The translations under genes and the position numbers were made by a program. A model generated the notes under the pieces. The model worked only from the letters and a program-made list of their open reading frames with translations, was not told where the DNA came from and ran no database searches. From contig OZ244621.1 in the NCBI GenBank assembly GCA_965218425.1, positions 960,001-1,024,000 on the forward strand: a stretch of DNA of 64,000 nucleotides, read 5' to 3'. Each line of letters begins with the position of its first letter. Position 1 is the first letter of the stretch. Below, piece by piece: positions 58,385 through 64,000 of this stretch. The DNA comes from an uncultured Candidatus Binatia bacterium (GTDB taxonomy: Bacteria; Desulfobacterota; Binatia; UBA9968; CAXXLF01).

Positions 58385-59491
58385 ATGGCGCTAAGCGTTG
58401 TTGATGCTGATACCCACATCGCTGAGTCCGAAAGCATGTGGAAACATCTCGATAAGGAATGGTATCACCGCAGGCCCGTGATCGTGTCGATCCCGGATGA
58501 AACGTTATACCAAGAGCAAACCGCTGTGTGGTTAATCGATGGCAACATCTTTCCAAGGCCCGCAGGAAAAGGCGGCAGCCTCCTGATCACCCCATCGTCT
58601 TCCAAGCGGCAGGCTATGAGGAGAGATATCACCGTGGCCAGTCGGGAACTGACCGACACCACGGGGCGTCTCGCGGATATGGATCGGCTGAGTATCGGTA
58701 CTCAGGTGGTCTATCCGACCCTCTTCCTGATTCACCTGACGGATGACGTGGGCTTAGAGATAGCCTTGTGCCGCGCCTACAATCGATTTATGGCCGAGGC
58801 CTGCTCCAACGGCCACAACCGGCTTCGGTGGATAGCGATACCTCCCTTAAGATCCGTGGAAGAGTCCATTAAAGAGATGCGATGGGCCAAGGAGCACGGA
58901 GCGGTGGGGTTATTCTTTCGCGGCATCGAAAAAGATCTCAATATCGACGATTCGTATTTCTTCCCTGTATATGAGGAGGCAGCGAGGCTCGATCTCGCCA
59001 TCTGCATTCATCAGGGAATGGGCGCGCCTACTATCACCCAACTTTTTGACATTCAACAACACAGCACGTTCCCACAATCCAGGCTGCTTCCCTTGATTGC
59101 CTTTAGAAACATCGTGGCTAATAAAATACCTGAGCGTTTTCCTGGTCTCAGGTTCGGATTTATAGAGGCCTGTGCGGGATGGATTCCCTTTCTCCTCCAT
59201 CATCTCAGACGATCGCTGCGCCAGCGGTGGAAATTTTCTTCCAGTGTAGATCTCTTCCGCGAATATCGGCTCTATGTGGCCTGCGAAGCGGATGAGGACA
59301 TCCCCTACCTGATCCAATACACGGGCGAGGACAACCTGATTATCGGCTCCGACTACGGACACCCCGATGCCTCGGAGGAACCCGAACTAGTAACCGTGAT
59401 GAGAGCTCGCAAAGACATCCCCAGTGAGGTCAATGAAAAGATCCTGTCTGAAAACGCACGGAAGTTCTACTCACTGGATCAGCCCTTGTGA
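58385..59491 (+). CDS. Amidohydrolase_2 family protein
   Basis: VVDADTHI, DMDRL..QVVYPTLFL, CIHQG, FIEACAGW, GSDYGHPD. Confidence 0.92.
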   Translation: MALSVVDADTHIAESESMWKHLDKEWYHRRPVIVSIPDETLYQEQTAVWLIDGNIFPRPAGKGGSLLITPSSSKRQAMRRDITVASRELTDTTGRLADMDRLSIGTQVVYPTLFLIHLTDDVGLEIALCRAYNRFMAEACSNGHNRLRWIAIPPLRSVEESIKEMRWAKEHGAVGLFFRGIEKDLNIDDSYFFPVYEEAARLDLAICIHQGMGAPTITQLFDIQQHSTFPQSRLLPLIAFRNIVANKIPERFPGLRFGFIEACAGWIPFLLHHLRRSLRQRWKFSSSVDLFREYRLYVACEADEDIPYLIQYTGEDNLIIGSDYGHPDASEEPELVTVMRARKDIPSEVNEKILSENARKFYSLDQPL

Positions 59492-59517
59492 CGGATGGGT
59501 GATCCAACACCCCGCTA

Positions 59518-60876
59518 TTAGTGGGAATCGGCGTTTCCGGCTGCCGGTAGTACGCCTACAGCGTCTTGGGGAACCTCCCCCTCTGGCCCGGCCGACAGTA
59601 TAGGCATCTCTGAGAAGGCCTTTCGGTAATCCTCCGTGAGCTTTACCCAATCCGCTTCATTGGGTAGGATCACCGACCCGGAGCGTACCCGAAACACCTC
59701 CGGGTTATCAACTCCCGGAGGTGTGGTCCCGTGGTCGCGCAACGCCTTGGCAGCATTGATAAGGCGGCGTCGCGCGTTGATGATGGCCGTGTCGGTTGTC
59801 CCCAGGTGCTCCTTGGTGCGATCCGATATCGCACCCATGCTGCAGGTCATGGCCTGGTCTTGCAATGCAATGGTAGGGACCCCCGAAAAACGTTTCGTCC
59901 TTTGTGCCTCATAGTCGATGAGGTAATCGTTGCTGGCGTTGGCCTTCATCCGCCAGGCACCCGCAGCTTCGGCGCTTGGTGGCAGGTACTCTCCCGGGCC
60001 GGAGAAGCCGCCACCGCGGCCCCCGTCATCGTCCGCGAGGGGCCGGGAAGGGTGCCATCTCACACTCCAAACGAGGGTAGTGACGTCATCCATGGGTATC
60101 CAGACATGAGACGGTACGGCAGCGCGGCCACTGGGCGGGAACATGGGAAAGATGGGCATGACAAACTGACTGATACGCCAGTATTCGTGGCTACCGTCCA
60201 CCCGGCTCTTGGCTCCAATGAGAAGACCGTATTCGGCGTCCAGCACCTCGAACCGAGGTGTCTTTTCCTTGTAGTAATGACCAAAGTCCCTATGGCTCTC
60301 CTGGGGATTTATCCGGCTGTGGAGGAATCGTGTATGGGACGTATCGATGTCCCCTTCCAGAGCTTGCATCCAGTTACATTCCCGGACAAAGGGCGTAATC
60401 TGGCGATGGGATTCCGGCACCATGGCCCACTCCAGCCCCGGGAAGCCTGGTGGCTCTTTGCGCGGGCCCATATAGGTCCAGATGATCCCGTTTTGCTCCT
60501 TGCAGGGATACGACACATGCTTGATCTTGTCCTTGAAGTTACTCTCGGGCGGCTCGTTGGGTATATCCACGCATCGTCCGTCGACGCCAAACTTCCAGCC
60601 ATGATAGACGCAACGAAGCCCACCCTCCTCATTGCGCCCGAAAAATAGGGAAGCGCCCCGATGGGGGCAGTTTTCAGCCAGTAGCCCAACCTTGCCAGAG
60701 GTGTCACGGATACCAATGAGGTCCTCCCCTAGGAGCCTGACACGAATGGGGTTACAGTCCGGCTTGGGCAATTCCGACGACAAGAGTATGGGGAGCCAGT
60801 ATTGCCGCATGAGCTCCCCCATGGGCGTGCCGGGGCTTACCCTTGAAAGAAGTTCGTTGTCCTCTCTTGAAAGCAT
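59518..60876 (-). CDS. Rieske non-heme iron oxygenase alpha subunit (phthalate 4,5-dioxygenase/LigX-like)
   Basis: PGTPMGELMRQYW, CPH...CVYHGW Rieske ligands, EGDIDTSH..FLH and LQD mononuclear Fe site, EHLGTTD. AGGAGG RBS before ATG 60876. Confidence 0.92.
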   Translation of the reverse strand: MLSREDNELLSRVSPGTPMGELMRQYWLPILLSSELPKPDCNPIRVRLLGEDLIGIRDTSGKVGLLAENCPHRGASLFFGRNEEGGLRCVYHGWKFGVDGRCVDIPNEPPESNFKDKIKHVSYPCKEQNGIIWTYMGPRKEPPGFPGLEWAMVPESHRQITPFVRECNWMQALEGDIDTSHTRFLHSRINPQESHRDFGHYYKEKTPRFEVLDAEYGLLIGAKSRVDGSHEYWRISQFVMPIFPMFPPSGRAAVPSHVWIPMDDVTTLVWSVRWHPSRPLADDDGGRGGGFSGPGEYLPPSAEAAGAWRMKANASNDYLIDYEAQRTKRFSGVPTIALQDQAMTCSMGAISDRTKEHLGTTDTAIINARRRLINAAKALRDHGTTPPGVDNPEVFRVRSGSVILPNEADWVKLTEDYRKAFSEMPILSAGPEGEVPQDAVGVLPAAGNADSH

Positions 60877-60953
60877 AACGCATCCTCCTCTCTCTATCTC
60901 TTCATTACCCTGCCAGTTAGCTCTCGCTGTTCGCAATTCACCGGGTCGGAGAG

Positions 60954-61374
60954 TCATTGCTCCTGAATGTGACGGAGATAAAAAGCCAACCCCCGTATAC
61001 TTCCTGCCACTGGTGAGCGCGCATCCACACCTTGATCGCCTAGTTCATTGTGAAAATGATCCCCCCCGGACGGGCATCTCCTGAGGCCCATGGTCTTGAA
61101 TCCGCTCACCATCGTCGATGATTCCATGGACACGCCAGAATGGAAATGTAGCATCGTTTCTCTTTGACAACTCTGTTAGGTCTGCGGGCTTGACCGTCAG
61201 AACTTTAGCCACGGGATCGTCCCTTTCTCCTGCAGCCCCACGGCGGGAGGTACAACTCCGTTGATACTCAATTCCCCCACCGGCAATTACCGCATCCTTT
61301 TGCCCTCAAGTCACGACGAGAGTATATACAACGACAGCAACCATCAGTCCAAAACCAGTGACGAGAAGTTTCAT
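60954..61374 (-). pseudogene. Decayed class I c-type cytochrome gene
   Basis: MKLLVTGFGLMVAVVVYTLVVT*GQKDAVIAGGGIEYQRSCTSRRGAAG...LTVKPADLTELSKRNDATFPFWRVHGIID...HGPQEMPV, then a frameshift to ...AGSIRGLAFYLRHIQEQ. CxxCH has become CTSRR. Confidence 0.8.
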
Positions 61375-61562
61375 AAGCCAAACCGTAGCCTTCATTTCTT
61401 CCCTATCCATCCTGCGCGGGTCGAGCCTATTTAACACTGGCCAGATCATGTTGCAATTCTACCTGCAGCCTCCAGCCATATCAATCCGTTCGAGCATCCT
61501 ACCTAATCCGGGTTCGTTGGGGTAGAGACGGGTGAAAGGTTACAAGAGACTAAGAGACACAA

Positions 61563-61591
61563 GCCACAGAGTTACGCAGAATTTCGCAGAT
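61563..61591. repeat. Decamer-periodic CGCAGA repeat (arm of a REP-like element)
   Basis: GCCACAGAGTTACGCAGAATTTCGCAGAT; 20/29 match to the reverse complement of 63869-63897. Confidence 0.6.
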
Positions 61592-61703
61592 TAAGATCCA
61601 GCGGTTCGCCCATTTGGTCGAGGGCTTCGCCGCTTCCGGCGAGATTTCCTTAACCCGTCCGAAACAATTCCTTGAAAACCAGCCATTTTCACCAGGAATA
61701 AAC

Positions 61704-61720
61704 TTGGCACGGTGGATGCT
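61704..61720 (+). promoter_or_regulatory. Sigma54 (RpoN) -24/-12 promoter upstream of degP
   Basis: TTGGCACGGTGGATGCT: TGGCAC with exact GG-N10-GC spacing. Confidence 0.7.
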
Positions 61721-61827
61721 CTAAGGGATTCTCAATCGAATCAACAAACCGGCGGGTGAGCAAAGAGGTTCCCCGGGGGCTACCCGCCACAAAGTTGGTT
61801 TTCCAAGAAAAAAGGAGGAGGAAAAAG

Positions 61828-63291
61828 ATGCAAAAGTCAGTTGGTTTAAAAATGTTTACAGGCGCACTTGTAGGCGCCTTCATTTTAGGGGTCACACTCA
61901 GCACGCGGCTTCAACTCCCATTCACTACAAACGCCAGCGAGGCCACACAAACAGAGGTCAACAACACCGCAGCGCTCCAGAACTTACCGGATTTCGTGGG
62001 TCTGTCCAAATCCCTTGGTCCTGCCGTGGTTAGTATCACAACAAAGCAGTCCGTTCAGCGGGTGCGCATGTCGCCGCATCCCTTCGGTGAGGAGGGGCCT
62101 TTTGGAGAATTCTGGAGGAGATTTTTCGACGGACCGCTTCCGGAGAACCCTAGTCCCCGACAGGGATTAGGTTCGGGCTTCATCATCGATCACAAGGGGT
62201 TGATCCTAACCAGTAACCACGTGGTGAAAAATGCGGAGAAGATCGAAGTGAAGCTCTCTGACGGCAGGGAGTTTGAGGCGGAGGTGGTGGGCAGAGATCC
62301 CAAGACGGATATCGCCGTGATCAAGATCAAAAACATGGGCGATCTCCCCACCGCCCCTCTGGGGAACTCCGACAGCCTTGAAGTGGGAGAGCGGGTTTTG
62401 GCCATCGGCAATCCCTTCGGCCTCGAGCATACCGTCACAGCGGGTATCGTCAGCGCCAAGGGTAGAAACATCGGCGCGGGACCCTACGACAACTTTATTC
62501 AGACCGATGCTTCCATCAACCCTGGTAATTCCGGTGGTCCGCTGATCAACATGAAGGGGCAGGTGGTAGGTATTAATACCGCCATCTTCAGCAGGAGCGG
62601 GGGCAACGTCGGGATCGGCTTTACCATTCCTATCAACCTGGTCAAGGAACTCCTCCCTCAACTCAAACAGGATGGTAAGGTGACCAGAGGTTGGGTGGGT
62701 GTGGCGATTCAGAGGATCACCCCGGAAATCGCAGAGTCCCTTGGCTTGAAAGAGGCCGGAGGTGCCCTGATCGCGGACGTGATCGAGGACAGTCCCGCGG
62801 AAAGAGCCGAACTCAAGGCGGGCGACATCATCGTTGAATTCAACGAATCGAAGGTCAAAGAATCAAACGATCTTCCCGCTATTGTGGCTCGCACCCCTGT
62901 GGGCAATGAAGTGTCCGTGAAGGTCCTGAGGGATGGCAGAGAGGTTTCTCTCCCCGTGACCATCGGTGAGCTGAGTAATGAGGAAATGGTCGCCACCCTG
63001 GACGGAGAGGAGGAACTCGGGTTAACGGTCCAGGCCATTTCTCCTCAATTCGCGGAGAAACTGGGGTTGGATCGAGCCGAAGGCATGGTCATCACTTCGG
63101 TTAAAGCCGGCAGCCCGGGTCACGTAGCCGGGCTACGCAGGGGAGACGTGATTTTAAAGATGGGCGGGAAGCCCATTCGTAATCTGGCGGATTTCAGCGC
63201 CGCGGTCGAAAATGCAAAGAAAGAAAAGATCGTTCTGTTCCTCGTGCAAAGGGGTGACGGCAAGCTCTTTCTCGCCATGAAGACCAGGTAA
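61828..63291 (+). CDS. degP: HtrA/DegP-DegQ (Do) serine protease with two PDZ domains
   Basis: GLGSGFII, TSNHVV, DPKTDIA, IQTDASINPGNSGGPL, two PDZ domains. AGGAGG RBS. Confidence 0.95.
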   Translation: MQKSVGLKMFTGALVGAFILGVTLSTRLQLPFTTNASEATQTEVNNTAALQNLPDFVGLSKSLGPAVVSITTKQSVQRVRMSPHPFGEEGPFGEFWRRFFDGPLPENPSPRQGLGSGFIIDHKGLILTSNHVVKNAEKIEVKLSDGREFEAEVVGRDPKTDIAVIKIKNMGDLPTAPLGNSDSLEVGERVLAIGNPFGLEHTVTAGIVSAKGRNIGAGPYDNFIQTDASINPGNSGGPLINMKGQVVGINTAIFSRSGGNVGIGFTIPINLVKELLPQLKQDGKVTRGWVGVAIQRITPEIAESLGLKEAGGALIADVIEDSPAERAELKAGDIIVEFNESKVKESNDLPAIVARTPVGNEVSVKVLRDGREVSLPVTIGELSNEEMVATLDGEEELGLTVQAISPQFAEKLGLDRAEGMVITSVKAGSPGHVAGLRRGDVILKMGGKPIRNLADFSAAVENAKKEKIVLFLVQRGDGKLFLAMKTR

Positions 63292-63316
63292 CTCTTTGAG
63301 GTGCTCGGCTGAAACT

Positions 63317-63348
63317 TGGGGGGGAACCATTCGGCCCCCCCATTTGTT
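63317..63348 (+). terminator. Probable intrinsic terminator after degP
   Basis: TGGGGGGG-N10-CCCCCCCA followed by TTTGTT. Confidence 0.55.
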
Positions 63349-63373
63349 CAAAGCTCTTGGATTGAGAGGAACA

Positions 63374-63565
63374 ATGATACAGACACACAAAGAAACCTTC
63401 CTTTGTGAAATTTACGACCAACATTTTCACAGGCTCCCACTGGGCGGGATGACCGTGGAGGACTCACTGTTGTCACCCGTAAGAATTTGTCCCGAATGCG
63501 GTCCCGTTGATTGGGGTGTCATGCAGTTTTACCGGGAAGCCATCGTGAGGAACCTTGAAAACTGA
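63374..63565 (+). CDS. Small hypothetical protein, degenerate zinc-ribbon-like (63 aa)
   Basis: GAGAGG RBS before ATG; CEIY...CPECG. Confidence 0.45.
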   Translation: MIQTHKETFLCEIYDQHFHRLPLGGMTVEDSLLSPVRICPECGPVDWGVMQFYREAIVRNLEN

Positions 63566-63578
63566 CCAAACCTAGACG

Positions 63579-63920
63579 GCAAAGAACGCGGCGCATAGCG
63601 TCAAAATCTGTCAACCGCAGATTTACGCAGACGGACACGGCAAAAAATCTCATAAAGCACTTTACCGTAGAGGCCACGCTATGGGGCGGATGAGCCTTAG
63701 GCTGATCGGAGGGCGCAGAGAATTAATTTTTGTTTATCGGGAGACAACGACAAACAAAAACACCGCTCCTATTAAGCTGTAAGTTTTGCCCAAACGTCGT
63801 CTCCCGATTGGGCAAAACGGATTTCCTCAGCGTACTCTGCGTCTCTACAGTGAAACATCCTAATTCTTATCTGCGAGAATCAGGAGAAATCCGCGGCAAG
63901 AAACTCTTTGCGGTCTTGGC
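63579..63920. repeat. Nested composite palindrome (four levels of inverted repeats)
   Basis: Pairs 63579-63589/63910-63920, 63615-63641/63869-63896 and 63661-63722/63823-63855, enclosing two inversely oriented hairpins (63727-63760, 63783-63818). Confidence 0.8.
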
Positions 63921-64000
63921 ACGAAAAGCCTCGTTGAAATCAGAACGGGGTTGACCCCGAACCGCGCAAGGGATATTTTCCCCTCACACCGCTTTTGACC

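Noticed and set aside
61306..61308. In-frame TGA in the cytochrome c relic as a second selenocysteine
   Set aside because: It lies at the end of the signal peptide, not at a Cys position, and the gene has other inactivating lesions.
61508..61519. 12-bp match (CCGGGTTCGTTG) to the IS left-end region at 17299-17310
   Set aside because: No terminal TGTCAA and no transposase remnant; could be chance.
1..64000. CRISPR array, tRNA, rRNA, integron attC array, retron or DGR
   Set aside because: No regularly spaced identical repeats, cloverleaf or rRNA signatures, cas genes, integron integrase or reverse transcriptase were recognised.

Overview
A gene-dense bacterial chromosomal segment. The gene content suggests an aerobic deltaproteobacterial lineage, possibly Candidatus Binatia; this is an inference from the many amidohydrolase paralogues, the stand-alone EutA-like and bicupin genes and the A-type oxidase. 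From left to right it contains: TPR and YVTN beta-propeller genes; an orphan EutA-like ATPase; an 8-gene DUF4175/peptidase-TPR/MoxR/DUF58/BatA-vWA/DUF4159/GATase-like/MBL operon; an intact DDE insertion sequence; MFS, cupin, TPP-enzyme and nadX genes; an aa3-type (A1) cytochrome c oxidase operon with heme A synthesis genes; acs, a TauE-family gene, ispF and moeA; a UGA-recoded (selenocysteine) peroxiredoxin-like gene; an RRM RNA-binding protein; a catabolic region with six amidohydrolases, an alpha/beta hydrolase, an ABC transporter, a PqqC/CADD-like protein and a Rieske oxygenase; and a degP-like gene with a sigma54-type promoter. At least six pseudogene fragments are present. The least explained signals are non-coding: (i) a ~700-bp element (44016-44717) closed by 28-bp inverted repeats and carrying two copies of a ~110-bp nested hairpin, (ii) a duplicated ~55-nt motif in the RRM gene leader, and (iii) several families of REP-like palindromes, including a four-level nested one at 63579-63920. 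An unannotated 35-aa membrane microprotein sits in the oxidase operon. No rRNA, tRNA or CRISPR array was recognised. All family assignments come from motif recognition by eye, not from database searches.
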